Shown here piece by piece: positions 1 through 9,352 of a stretch of 64,000 bases of DNA. Position numbers and translations under genes: made by a program. The notes under the pieces are model-generated. The model was not told the DNA's origin. It made no database searches and worked only from the letters and a program-made list of their open reading frames with translations. Each line of letters starts with the position of its first letter. The first letter of the stretch is position 1. This DNA comes from an uncultured virus (IMG/VR IMGVR_UViG_3300011434_000007) (taxonomy: Duplodnaviria; Heunggongvirae; Uroviricota; Caudoviricetes), in the IMG/VR virus record IMGVR_UViG_3300011434_000007. One strand, given 5' to 3'.

Positions 1-2
1 CC

Positions 3-140
3 GAGGACACTGCTAGGGCCATTGAAATCCAAGATGGTGTCCCTCCAAGAATGGAGAGTGTCGTCTCAGCTCTTTTGAGAGAAGCAACTTCTCTCAAAGG
101 TTTGTGCCGCCAAGAAGGCAAGAATTTTAAGGTACTGTAG
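3..140 (+). CDS. 3' end of a hypothetical protein (truncated by window edge)
   Basis: Open frame from position 3 (EDTARAIEIQ...FKVL) to TAG at 138-140, on the same strand as all neighbours. Confidence 0.45.
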   Translation, partial: EDTARAIEIQDGVPPRMESVVSALLREATSLKGLCRQEGKNFKVL

Positions 141-173
141 AGCAATAATTTCTTCTAGTATTAAAGGAACTTT

Positions 174-269
174 ATGAGTCACGCTTACAATAAGGCAAAG
201 AAAGCGCGGCGAAAGGCTCGTCGTAAAACTTACAAACTAACGACCGCAAGGTTGTTCAAAAAGAAATAA
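174..269 (+). CDS. Small Lys/Arg-rich peptide (31 aa)
   Basis: AAAGGA SD, ATG 174, MSHAYNKAKKARRKARRKTYKLTTARLFKKK, TAA 267-269 abutting the next SD. Below the ORF-track size cutoff. Confidence 0.5.
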   Translation: MSHAYNKAKKARRKARRKTYKLTTARLFKKK

Positions 270-278
270 GGAGGACCC

Positions 279-1109
279 ATGTTAGATGACAAGCAAAGAG
301 AATTGATTAGTTTTCCCTTCCACCGCTTGCCGCTCAAGGCCCGCGAACTAAATCTTGCAGCAGAATATGACATTGATCCAGAACTCGACGTAATCTGGAA
401 ACCTTCCGACGGTAAGATATTGGGTGTACTGGAACAGAACCAGTACATGATTTCGCATCTGGAAGCAGTTGATCGTGTCGAGACTGCCCTTCAGAAAATG
501 AACATTCAAGCCGAGGTTACAGATTTTAAGCTGCTCAACAATGGCGCGAGACTGTTTGTTCACTACCGCCCAGAGGGCTTCGTTAAGAACATTGCAGATA
601 ATCGCGATCCGGATGATAATATTTATCCGGAGTTGATTCTTCGCAATGGTTATGATGAGAAAACAGTCTTTGGCATCGAGTGGGGGCTTTGGCGTCAAGT
701 CTGTACGAACGGCGCCCGCGTTCATATCCAAGGTGAACGTATGACCAAACGAATCAGCATGGGTGACACTGATATTGATGTGCTCATGTCGCGAGTTCAA
801 ACCTTCGGTGAGAAAACGATCCACCAGGTTTGGGCACGCATCCAGGCAATGATTCTCAATGCAGATCCTGAGTTGCCGATTTCAACTCGCGCATGGTTTG
901 CAGAGGTGGCCACACACAAATTGCTCGAAACCTTCGACGTTGAGTTAGCTCAAAAGAAGACGGAGAAGGCAAGCCAGGATCTCAATGAGTGGCAGATTTA
1001 CAACATCGTCACTGCCGTGATTACCCATGCGATTGGCAGCTATCAACGTCGGCGCCATATGGACATGATCACGGCCAGGCGATTTAAGATTGCAGGCAAT
1101 CTCCGTTAA
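279..1109 (+). CDS. DUF932/DUF945-like phage protein
   Basis: GGAGGA SD. The NGARLF...LRNGYD...RQVCTNG pattern is typical of this family. Confidence 0.65.
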   Translation: MLDDKQRELISFPFHRLPLKARELNLAAEYDIDPELDVIWKPSDGKILGVLEQNQYMISHLEAVDRVETALQKMNIQAEVTDFKLLNNGARLFVHYRPEGFVKNIADNRDPDDNIYPELILRNGYDEKTVFGIEWGLWRQVCTNGARVHIQGERMTKRISMGDTDIDVLMSRVQTFGEKTIHQVWARIQAMILNADPELPISTRAWFAEVATHKLLETFDVELAQKKTEKASQDLNEWQIYNIVTAVITHAIGSYQRRRHMDMITARRFKIAGNLR

Positions 1110-1142
1110 CTAATCTCCGCTTCGTGTTGATAAGTTAACGGT

Positions 1143-1181
1143 GGGACTGGGCGTCCACAGGTTTAGGCGTCCAGTCCCTTT
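1143..1181 (+). terminator. Intrinsic terminator-like hairpin
   Basis: GGGACTGGGCGTC / GGCGTCCAGTCCC stem followed by TTT, between ORF 279 and queE. Confidence 0.55.
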
Positions 1182-1196
1182 GCTTATAGAGGTAAC

Positions 1197-1955
1197 ATGA
1201 CTGAACAACGATTTTTACGTTTGGAAAAGACAGAAGGCGTCTTTGGCCCTACCCTCCAAGGTGAAGGGGTCAACATTGGTATGCCTGTTAGTTTTGTGCG
1301 CCTCTATGGTTGCGACTTCCGGTGCAGCTGGTGCGACACACCTTTTTCCCTAGGCAAGGATAAGGGAGGTGAATGGTTACTGCTTAAAGCTGATGAAATC
1401 ATCAGTCGTCTTGGTGAAATTGGTTGCAAGAATGTTGTCGTTTCCGGTGGCAATCCTCTCATACAACCTAAACCGGCTTTAGAAGAATTCTTTACTCGTC
1501 TCGTTGAACGTGGATATTGGATTCAAGTTGAAACACAAGGTTCAATTTTCCCTTCACCTATTGTGTTACACATGACAGACTTCTGGTCATTATCACCAAA
1601 GCTCCCTTCAGCAGGAAAGATGGAATCTGAAAATTGGAAGGCTGTAAATACTTTCATCATAAAGGTTCCATCCAAAGCGTTGCAGCTGAAATTTGTAGTC
1701 TCAAATCTTGTGGATTACAATTATATCAAGATGCGTTTGGTATCTGATTTAGTAACAGAGCACCGCAACGTACCAATCATTTTACAGCCGGAGGGTATGC
1801 AGCTTGAAAAGTTTGATATCAACTACTATCGTAATCGCCTTGACTACCTTTGCGGTCTTGTTGGTAATGATCTGTCTTTTTGGGGAAATTACAAAGACGT
1901 ACGAGTCTTACCTCAACTCCACAAGGTAATTTGGGATATACAAAGAAAGCGCTAA
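1197..1955 (+). CDS. queE: 7-carboxy-7-deazaguanine synthase (radical SAM)
   Basis: FGPTLQGEG, FVRLYGCDFRCSWCDT (CxxxCxxC), SGGNP, ETQG, LSPK, LKFV, LQP, PQLHK. Confidence 0.95.
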   Translation: MTEQRFLRLEKTEGVFGPTLQGEGVNIGMPVSFVRLYGCDFRCSWCDTPFSLGKDKGGEWLLLKADEIISRLGEIGCKNVVVSGGNPLIQPKPALEEFFTRLVERGYWIQVETQGSIFPSPIVLHMTDFWSLSPKLPSAGKMESENWKAVNTFIIKVPSKALQLKFVVSNLVDYNYIKMRLVSDLVTEHRNVPIILQPEGMQLEKFDINYYRNRLDYLCGLVGNDLSFWGNYKDVRVLPQLHKVIWDIQRKR

Positions 1956-2116
1956 TGAAAAGAGAAGAAGTCCCCTGCATTGTTTGTGGTACACTTACTT
2001 ATGGTAAGTGTGGGGATACGCCTACTTGTTTTGAATGCTATGAAAGTGGACGACTATCAGAATGGTTTAAGGCAAGGGAAAAACAATGTATAGCATCCTC
2101 GCTCTTATCTACATAG
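1955..2116 (+). CDS. Small Cys-rich (zinc-finger-like) protein
   Basis: ATG overlaps the queE stop (TAATG). CIVCG...CFECY. Confidence 0.55.
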   Translation: MKREEVPCIVCGTLTYGKCGDTPTCFECYESGRLSEWFKAREKQCIASSLLST

Positions 2117-2424
2117 GATGGCTATATGATTGGCGTCTCGCACTAGCTGCAGGGGTTATTATTCTTTGTGAGACACGCTTCATCCATAGGCAAATCGAAT
2201 CTCTAGAAGTATTGATGCGTAAACTCGCTTATGATCCACCCTTCAAGAATATGAACCAGATTACTACAAATCAATACCACTCTTTAACCCAAGAACAGAA
2301 AGATGCTCACCAAGAGTATTGGCACCAACATAATCCTGGTTGCGCCTGGTCTTCGTGTCCCGGTTGTGGTTTTCCCACACATAGAGGCATGATGTGTGGT
2401 CATCTTAGTTGTGGAAAGAAGTAG
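2086..2424 (+). CDS. Hypothetical protein, hydrophobic N-terminus and Cys/His-rich C-terminus
   Basis: 112 aa with AAGGGA SD. N-terminal hydrophobic segment; C-terminal CPGCG...H...CGHLSC. Confidence 0.6.
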   Translation: MYSILALIYIGWLYDWRLALAAGVIILCETRFIHRQIESLEVLMRKLAYDPPFKNMNQITTNQYHSLTQEQKDAHQEYWHQHNPGCAWSSCPGCGFPTHRGMMCGHLSCGKK

Positions 2425-2430
2425 GTATTT

Positions 2431-2631
2431 ATGAGGGGTAAAAAGGCCAAAGCATTACGCCGCCAAATTTACAAGGGCGGAGACTTTCGGGAGCGCGAGC
2501 TGTTTGGGATTGATCGTTCCAGAATAGTTGCTGTCTTTGACAAAGATGGTAAAGAAAAGAATGTCAAGGTGCAACGTTTTCAAGCCGTAGCCGACGAATC
2601 CAGATTCAAGTATCAGCATGCTAAGAAATGA
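2431..2631 (+). CDS. Small basic hypothetical protein
   Basis: 66 aa, coupled to the next gene by ATGA. Confidence 0.6.
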   Translation: MRGKKAKALRRQIYKGGDFRERELFGIDRSRIVAVFDKDGKEKNVKVQRFQAVADESRFKYQHAKK

Positions 2632-2966
2632 GCTGGACAGAACGATTACACAATTATTGCAGTTGTTTCGCACAGTTTCCGGGGCAACCATTTAACACAC
2701 ATTATTGCAACGAAAAGTGTCCTGCGTTGCCTTTACGACGACAACTGCAGGAAAATGGGGCGCCTCAAAAATCTGTATTTACAGAGAATTTGATTTTAAC
2801 AGGTGCATTCTCGCGCAAGGAAATTATTGGGATACTTGAACAGCTGTTTAAGATTCAGTATAATACAGCTTCAGGTAAGGTGGAAGCAGCACGTAGAAGT
2901 TTAAGATACAAAAAATATAACGTGTTTAAAACCGATGATGGGCGACTTGTAGCACACAGAATATAA
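2628..2966 (+). CDS. Hypothetical protein (N-terminal Cys cluster, possible winged helix)
   Basis: 112 aa. YCSCF...CNEKC followed by a basic helical region. Confidence 0.6.
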   Translation: MSWTERLHNYCSCFAQFPGQPFNTHYCNEKCPALPLRRQLQENGAPQKSVFTENLILTGAFSRKEIIGILEQLFKIQYNTASGKVEAARRSLRYKKYNVFKTDDGRLVAHRI

Positions 2967-2979
2967 AGGAGACAGGAGA

Positions 2980-3306
2980 ATGGCACGACCTAAAGTTTAC
3001 ATTGTCAACCAGGCAGGCCACGACTTCGAAGCTGCTAAACTTTTCGGTGATCTTGTTACCATAACCGAAGGTAATATTAACGTTTTTCGTCCCGATCGAT
3101 CCTTGTTTACAATCAAGCAGGCCCTGACAACTTTCGCAGAGAACGATTACTTGCTTCTTTCAGGCAATACCTTTGGCAATGCCCTTGCTGCTGTACAAGC
3201 CGCCAGTCTTGTTAAAGTGCTTAACATACTTGTGTATGATGCTAAAAACCAAAAGTATTTGCATCATAAACTCGACATTTGGAAGATGCTTTTTAAGAGG
3301 AGTTAA
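2980..3306 (+). CDS. Conserved-looking phage protein with a small Rossmann-like alpha/beta pattern
   Basis: AGGAGA SD. KVYIVN...HDFEAAKLFGDLV...DYLLLSG...ILVYD. Confidence 0.7.
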   Translation: MARPKVYIVNQAGHDFEAAKLFGDLVTITEGNINVFRPDRSLFTIKQALTTFAENDYLLLSGNTFGNALAAVQAASLVKVLNILVYDAKNQKYLHHKLDIWKMLFKRS

Positions 3307-3428
3307 CTATATTGCGTGTGTATTACCCAGTTACGGCTGCTGGATGCTTTGGAATTTAAACCAGGCTCTTAGAAAGGTGCCATAAAAGTTTTCAAAAGAA
3401 ACTAATTTATTCAATAAAGGAGATAGCT

Positions 3429-3806
3429 GTGACTAACAGGCCTACATGGGCAATTCGAAAGAATCGACGTTGGAAAGTAGTTACAAGTAATTTACAGTCG
3501 CAACTGCTACCCAGTGAACGTTCTGGTATTGCTAACAGTGATTGTGGCACTACCATTCAATATAAAATTGGCAAGGTTAAACGTTCTCCTAACGGTGTTG
3601 ATGTGGATAAGAACGTGACTTGTTCAAGAGGTATTCACGCATATACTTCACTAGAAAGTGCAATTTCTAATTGTCAACTAGGCATTTACGAAAAAATTCT
3701 TGTCGTGTACGCACCCCGCTGGTACGGCAAGAAAACAAATTTTAGTGTCAGGACTCGCAAAGAAAGAGCATCCCAAATTTACGTGAGCAGTCTTTTGAAA
3801 AAATAG
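3429..3806 (+). CDS. Hypothetical phage protein (CxxGxH motif)
   Basis: AAGGAG SD with GTG start. YKIGK...CSRGIHAY...KERA. Confidence 0.6.
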   Translation: MTNRPTWAIRKNRRWKVVTSNLQSQLLPSERSGIANSDCGTTIQYKIGKVKRSPNGVDVDKNVTCSRGIHAYTSLESAISNCQLGIYEKILVVYAPRWYGKKTNFSVRTRKERASQIYVSSLLKK

Positions 3807-3811
3807 TACTT

Positions 3812-3880
3812 GTAGCCATGGGTGTCTTTTAAAACTATCGGTTTGACAGGGAAGCGGAACTTTGCCGAGCCTATGGCTAT
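3812..3880 (+). promoter_or_regulatory. Stem-loop in the sbcD leader
   Basis: GTAGCCATGGGT (3812-3823) pairs with GCCTATGGCTAT (3869-3880) and ends just before the sbcD SD. Confidence 0.4.
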
Positions 3881-3892
3881 TTAGGATGGTAT

Positions 3893-4954
3893 ATGAAAGT
3901 AGCCCAAATTAGTGATGTGCACATTGACTACTATGCCACACGTCTAGGTGCCATGAAACTCGAAGATGGCATCAATGTGTACCACAAAGAACGCATGGCC
4001 CTTTTCCAGCGTATGATCAGTAGTATCATTACTGAAAAGGTTGACGTAATTGTCATCAGTGGTGATCTCCATAATAAGAGTAAACCAGCTCCCCAGGAAT
4101 ATGCTGATGTCTTTAACGTGCTAGACAGTGTACCGAATCACATACCGGTTCTTGTGATTCCCGGAAATCATGATGAAAAGACGTCTCGCGGTTGTGCACT
4201 GCAGCCTTTGATGGGCAGGCGTTCGCATATACTGGTGGCTCTGGAACCTCAGGTTGTTGAGTGGCAAGGTTTCAATTTCATGCTCATGCCTTGGGGGACA
4301 CCAATTTCTACTGTAAAGGATTGGTGTCACCAAGTTAACAACGGGCCTAAGATCTTAATATATCACACTGGTGTGATGAATGGAACTCTTAATTGGGGCG
4401 AGACCGTTGATGAAGCAGCTACTTGTAACCTAAAGGATCTCGAAGAAACCAACTGTACAGCCGTATTACTAGGTCATTATCATGGACAAGGTCCACTAGA
4501 TGATGCCAAAAGGATATGGTATGCAGGTTCCCCGGAATGTTTTAACTTCGGTGAAGCTGAACAGCAAAAGGGTTATCTCATTTGGGAATTTGTTCCCAAC
4601 GGATTATCAAGTGTAACAACCCGCAGTAACACAGCTGTACCTGAATATACTACTCTTTCTCCAGAACAAATTTGGGACTGCCGGCCTGGTTATTCTTTTG
4701 GTGGTTACATGCGCATCAAAGGTGAAGTAACTGAAGCAGAAAGAGCTCGTATTATTCAAATTATGAAGAGTATTAACTGTGCAGGCTACAAACTAGAATT
4801 AACTAGTAAGGAAAAGGCGCAGCGCGTTATCCAGGTATCGGGACGATCCAATCAAGAGATATTGGGCAATTATTTCACATCTAAGAAGATAACTGAAACA
4901 TCTTCTTACTTCGCTGTGGATGATGAAATCGAAAAGGAGATAGCCAGTGGATAG
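3893..4954 (+). CDS. sbcD: SbcD/Mre11-like metallophosphoesterase nuclease
   Basis: ISDVH, SGDLH, PGNHD, YH, LGHYH, YAGSPE...FGE. Confidence 0.9.
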   Translation: MKVAQISDVHIDYYATRLGAMKLEDGINVYHKERMALFQRMISSIITEKVDVIVISGDLHNKSKPAPQEYADVFNVLDSVPNHIPVLVIPGNHDEKTSRGCALQPLMGRRSHILVALEPQVVEWQGFNFMLMPWGTPISTVKDWCHQVNNGPKILIYHTGVMNGTLNWGETVDEAATCNLKDLEETNCTAVLLGHYHGQGPLDDAKRIWYAGSPECFNFGEAEQQKGYLIWEFVPNGLSSVTTRSNTAVPEYTTLSPEQIWDCRPGYSFGGYMRIKGEVTEAERARIIQIMKSINCAGYKLELTSKEKAQRVIQVSGRSNQEILGNYFTSKKITETSSYFAVDDEIEKEIASG

Positions 4955-5540
4955 TATCATTGCAAACTACCGCGGACTTGCCAGAAAGATTCTTGAACAG
5001 CCTTACCATCACAAGTGGTCCCGTCAAGGTTTGGGTATGTTACGCTTGTATCTTTCTAAAGAGCTTAGACTCCACGTCTGGCATGGAGAATTAATAACAC
5101 CCAATGTTTCCATGATTCACGATCACCCCTGGGATTTTGAATCCACTATTCTAGCAGGCCAGATAAACAACATTCGTTATGTTCCTTCTCTTGAAGGAAA
5201 CAATTATATGTTTAACCGTATCATCTGTGGTGAAGGCGGCGGACTAGAACCTGAACTACCGCGTCAAGTTGTTATGGCTGAACAGCTTACAGAGCACTAT
5301 TCCATGGGTTGTCGTTATGCACAGAAGGCTAAGGAAATACATAAGACAACTGCCCGCAATGGCACTATCACCATCATTGAACGTAAATTTTATGAAGACA
5401 CGGAACATGCACATGTCTTTTGGGATGGTCCAGGTTGGGTATCAGCAGAGCCCCAGGTAGCAAATAGTATTCATGTTGAACTGGCTACTAAAGCAGCACT
5501 CTACGTAATGGATCTGGAAGATGCTGCTTTGAAGAAATAA
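4947..5540 (+). CDS. Cupin-fold protein
   Basis: RLHVW...IHDHPWDFESTILAG...EIH, a His-rich cupin metal motif. Confidence 0.6.
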   Translation: MDSIIANYRGLARKILEQPYHHKWSRQGLGMLRLYLSKELRLHVWHGELITPNVSMIHDHPWDFESTILAGQINNIRYVPSLEGNNYMFNRIICGEGGGLEPELPRQVVMAEQLTEHYSMGCRYAQKAKEIHKTTARNGTITIIERKFYEDTEHAHVFWDGPGWVSAEPQVANSIHVELATKAALYVMDLEDAALKK

Positions 5541-5541
5541 G

Positions 5542-6465
5542 ATGCCTAAGATTTGTTATACAGCACAAGCGTTCTCGGATTCTAGCTATGATATTATTGC
5601 TAAAGCTAATGTTATTATAGCAGAATATTTGAGGCAGGGCTTTCGTTTAACATTGAGGCAGCTCTATTATCAATTTGTGGCCAGGGGATTGTTGCCGAAC
5701 AAAATCAATGAATACAAAAGACTTGGAAGCATTATTTCCAATGCCCGCCTGGCAGGCTGGATTGATTGGGAAGCTATTGAAGATAGAACCCGTAATCTTC
5801 GTGGATTAGCCACCTGGGAATCTCCAGGCGACATTATTGAGGACGCGGCAAACCAGTATAAGAATGATCTTTGGGCCAATCAAGAAAACCGGATCGAAGT
5901 CTGGATAGAAAAAGAAGCTTTATCCGGTGTATTTGAAAGAGTATGTAACCAAGAACGTGTTCCTTTCTTTTGTTGCCGGGGTTACACAAGTCAATCCGAA
6001 ATGTGGTCTGCAGCTGTGCGACTGCAACGCCATGCTGACGGGGGTCAAGCTCCTATCATCTTACATTTCGGTGATCATGATCCCAGTGGAATAGACATGA
6101 CGCGAGATATTAAGGACCGCCTAGCTATCTTTGGATGTGATCTCCAGCTGGATAGGCTTGCGCTCAACATGGATCAAGTCAATAAGTACAATCCACCCCC
6201 TAACCCTGCTAAAGAAACAGACAGTCGTTTTCAGGCCTATATTCAAAGATTTGGAAGTGAGTCTTGGGAGTTAGATGCTCTTGAGCCACAACTTCTCGCT
6301 AATTTAGTTAGTCAAGCAGTTGCTGATTGTCGTGATCAAACAAGGTGGGAAGATGATCTTGCAAAAGAAGAAAGAGAGCGCAGTGACCTTAAACTTGTTA
6401 GTGCCAGGTGGCCGGCTATTAGCCGATACGTCAACAGGCACACTAAATCTGCTGGTGGCCAGTGA
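5542..6465 (+). CDS. Topoisomerase VI subunit A / Spo11-like protein (winged helix + TOPRIM)
   Basis: LTLRQLYYQ (catalytic Tyr motif), EVWIEKEAL, RGYTS, HFGDHDPSG (DxD), WELDAL. Confidence 0.75.
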   Translation: MPKICYTAQAFSDSSYDIIAKANVIIAEYLRQGFRLTLRQLYYQFVARGLLPNKINEYKRLGSIISNARLAGWIDWEAIEDRTRNLRGLATWESPGDIIEDAANQYKNDLWANQENRIEVWIEKEALSGVFERVCNQERVPFFCCRGYTSQSEMWSAAVRLQRHADGGQAPIILHFGDHDPSGIDMTRDIKDRLAIFGCDLQLDRLALNMDQVNKYNPPPNPAKETDSRFQAYIQRFGSESWELDALEPQLLANLVSQAVADCRDQTRWEDDLAKEERERSDLKLVSARWPAISRYVNRHTKSAGGQ

Positions 6466-6642
6466 AATACACTATGGGAGAACAAGAGCAGCTAGCAAGG
6501 AAAGGTTATATCACGTACTATCCCTCCAAGATTCTGTTATTTCCCACGCTAGACCCGTTACCCATTCAGAAACAATCCGACGAGTCTGTGAATTCCTTAG
6601 GCGCCAGGGCTTACCACCAGTTATGAAGGACACAAAGAAATA

Positions 6643-7224
6643 ATGAATCTTAAAGAAGAACTCACCAAAGCCAAGGAAGAACTACGTGCCGCCCATAAAC
6701 TTTGGGAACAGAGTCCACATTACATTGCCGCCGTTGCTAACGTTGATCTCATAGCGAAGCAGGAAAAGGAAAGGTATAAGTCTGAAGTGGCCGCTGCTGA
6801 AAAGAAGTACAATGATTTGTTTGCGCAATACAATGAGAAAGAAAAACAACCTGATTTACCCACAGAAGTTAAGCAGCTCTTCGAAGCAATGCGATCTGGC
6901 GTAGACTGGGGGCCAGTTGATTTTCGTCTTCGCTATGAATCAGAAGATAAGCGCTTTGTTATCATAACTATACCTGGAGCACAGTACTGGTATAGTTATG
7001 ATGCTTCCCAATATGGTAATACCCGGCACTATCTGGTGGATTTACAAGCAGTGAATTACTGGAAAGAACACCACAAATTAATTGACGGCAGTTCTCTTCT
7101 TAACCACGCTACTATCGCGGGTGCTGAAGGCCGTTTAAGTAAGATGATTCAAGATGGTTGGATTCTCATGACCCAACAGATGACTAAAACACACTATGCG
7201 CCCCCTAAAGATAAAGACGATTAA
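6643..7224 (+). CDS. Hypothetical protein with N-terminal coiled coil
   Basis: 193 aa, AAGGA SD, overlaps the sbcC start. Confidence 0.6.
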   Translation: MNLKEELTKAKEELRAAHKLWEQSPHYIAAVANVDLIAKQEKERYKSEVAAAEKKYNDLFAQYNEKEKQPDLPTEVKQLFEAMRSGVDWGPVDFRLRYESEDKRFVIITIPGAQYWYSYDASQYGNTRHYLVDLQAVNYWKEHHKLIDGSSLLNHATIAGAEGRLSKMIQDGWILMTQQMTKTHYAPPKDKDD

Positions 7225-9352
7225 CTTTCTACCATTTCTTGGTCAACGTGAATTAGATTTAACTGGTGTGCGCCAGGCTATCATTCACGGGCCAAACGAA
7301 ATAGGTAAGAGTTCATTCTTCATTGATACCATTTTATTTGCTCTTCAAGGTCAGGCTCGCAAGCGACCCGAAGGCTTGATCAATGATCAAGCTGACACTT
7401 GTACTGTTGAATTTACCTTTGAACATAGAGGTAAAACTTACACAGTTACTCGTATTGCCACAAGAGATAAACCTAATGTTTTAAAACTGCACGACGGCCA
7501 GAATGATCTTTCTGAGCGTCTACTTACCAACACCCAAAAACGCCTAGATCTTATCCTGGGCTTCAGCCCAGATCTCTTATTGGCGACAGCTGTTTCACCA
7601 CAGGATGAGATCAATTCTTTTTGTAAGATGTCACCCACAGATCGTGAGCGTATTTTTTCCGAGATGTTGACATTAGGCATTTGGGAAGAAAAGCGTAAGG
7701 CCATTAATAAGCGCCTGCTCAATCTTAGGGACAATGACCAAGCCATCGCAGATAAAGTCTTGGCCATTGATGGTGATCAGAAGGCCCTGATAGGTGTTAA
7801 TGAAGATGTTGCTATTAATGAGCATAAGTTATTAGAGCTGGCGTCAGAAGTTGATGCCCTTGAAAAACAGCGTCCTGTGTTTGAAAATGCTTTGACTAAG
7901 GCACGTGCCTATGAAGAACAGCAGAGGAGTCTAAATAGTTTGATGTCGCAACTATTTAAGACTCAAACTGAACTTGATACACTGAGAGATGTTCGGGATC
8001 CTGTTGTACTTAATACGCAGATCGACCTTTTAAAAAGGGAACATGCTTCGTTTGATACTCTCGATACTCCTGAAATTAAGGCCATACGTGAGGAAATAAT
8101 TGAGACAACAGTACTCTATGAAGCTGCCAAGAAACAGAAAACAGAGATTAACACAAAGCTTTCAGCCTTGGCGCAACAAGAAGTGCAATTAAAGACGCAC
8201 GCCAGCCAGATACCGCAAACGCTGATAATGCAAGAAGTTCCGTGTGTTAAGTATCCAGATATTAACGAAGCGTGTAAGCTTCTGGCTCATGCACGTCAAG
8301 CTCGCGACAAGATCGCAAAATTCGTCATTGATAATAAGTGGCAAACTATCGAGCATGGGGCTAGTATCATTGAACAAGCACAACTTGAACTAAGAGAGGA
8401 ATTGAAGCTGTACGACGAAGCTTCCGCCAATTTCCCTGGACAGCTGGCAGGACTTCGTAATGATATCAGTAGGATAGAACGTGATCATACAGCAAACCAT
8501 AACTTAATAGGAAACAAGATAGCTACTTTTGAACTTGAACTGTCATCCTGTAAACGTAAGGAGGTCTTAGAAAAGCAATGCGTAGATCTAAAAGACCAAC
8601 ACACCTCCTTGCAACTACAGTTGGCAGGCCCCGAACTATCAATTACAGCCGCCAAGGCCGCTTACGAACAGTTCGATCAAAAGTGCACTACGCTAGCAAA
8701 GGCCTACAATACATTAGAAGGGGTGAATCAAGGACTTGCTGCAAAAGTGACACTGCTTAAACAACAGGTAGCCAAAGGCCTTGAATCCCTCGTAGAACTT
8801 CGCAAATCTCAAGAGAAAATAGCCGTGTATCGTACGTTGCATTCAGCGTACACTGAAATTCCGTCCCTTCTATTTTCTGAGATGATGCCTCAGGTAGAAC
8901 AATATGCCAATGAAGTCATCAGCCGAGTATCACCGGGTAAGCGCCTATTTCTTCGACCCTTTAAGGAAACAAAATCTGACACTATCAAGCGTACTCTCGA
9001 TATCATTAGCACGACTGCTACTGGCATGCGGGAATTTGAAGAGTTATCAGGGTCTGCCAAATTCAGACAAAGCCTAGCAATACGAATTGCACTATCACGT
9101 GTTGCGTCTGAGTTATATGGTGCGCCCATCAATCTCTTTATCATTGATGAGGGATTTGGTTCACTTGACACTAATAACACTCAACTAGTAAAGCACACAC
9201 TAAGACGCATAGCGCCACTTTTTGACTTATTTTTAGTAATCACTCACGTCGACGATTTAAAGGACACATTTCCAACACTGATTAGTGTTAACACAAATTC
9301 GATCACTATGCACACGCAAGAAGTATCAAGTGAGGTTCCAATTGACGACTGA
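7196..9352 (+). CDS. sbcC: SbcC/Rad50-like SMC ATPase
   Basis: Walker A GPNEIGKSS, Q-loop PQ, long coiled coil, signature LSGSAK, Walker B/D-loop FIIDEGFGSLD, H-loop ITH. Confidence 0.92.
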   Translation: MRPLKIKTINFLPFLGQRELDLTGVRQAIIHGPNEIGKSSFFIDTILFALQGQARKRPEGLINDQADTCTVEFTFEHRGKTYTVTRIATRDKPNVLKLHDGQNDLSERLLTNTQKRLDLILGFSPDLLLATAVSPQDEINSFCKMSPTDRERIFSEMLTLGIWEEKRKAINKRLLNLRDNDQAIADKVLAIDGDQKALIGVNEDVAINEHKLLELASEVDALEKQRPVFENALTKARAYEEQQRSLNSLMSQLFKTQTELDTLRDVRDPVVLNTQIDLLKREHASFDTLDTPEIKAIREEIIETTVLYEAAKKQKTEINTKLSALAQQEVQLKTHASQIPQTLIMQEVPCVKYPDINEACKLLAHARQARDKIAKFVIDNKWQTIEHGASIIEQAQLELREELKLYDEASANFPGQLAGLRNDISRIERDHTANHNLIGNKIATFELELSSCKRKEVLEKQCVDLKDQHTSLQLQLAGPELSITAAKAAYEQFDQKCTTLAKAYNTLEGVNQGLAAKVTLLKQQVAKGLESLVELRKSQEKIAVYRTLHSAYTEIPSLLFSEMMPQVEQYANEVISRVSPGKRLFLRPFKETKSDTIKRTLDIISTTATGMREFEELSGSAKFRQSLAIRIALSRVASELYGAPINLFIIDEGFGSLDTNNTQLVKHTLRRIAPLFDLFLVITHVDDLKDTFPTLISVNTNSITMHTQEVSSEVPIDD

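Noticed and set aside
1110..1196. preQ1 riboswitch upstream of queE
   Set aside because: No preQ1-I stem/loop consensus or A-rich tail; the hairpin looks like a plain terminator.
6320..6643. 107-aa ORF overlapping the Top6A-like gene
   Set aside because: Long overlap and no SD. A competing 54-aa frame from GTG 6462 exists, and neither can be supported.
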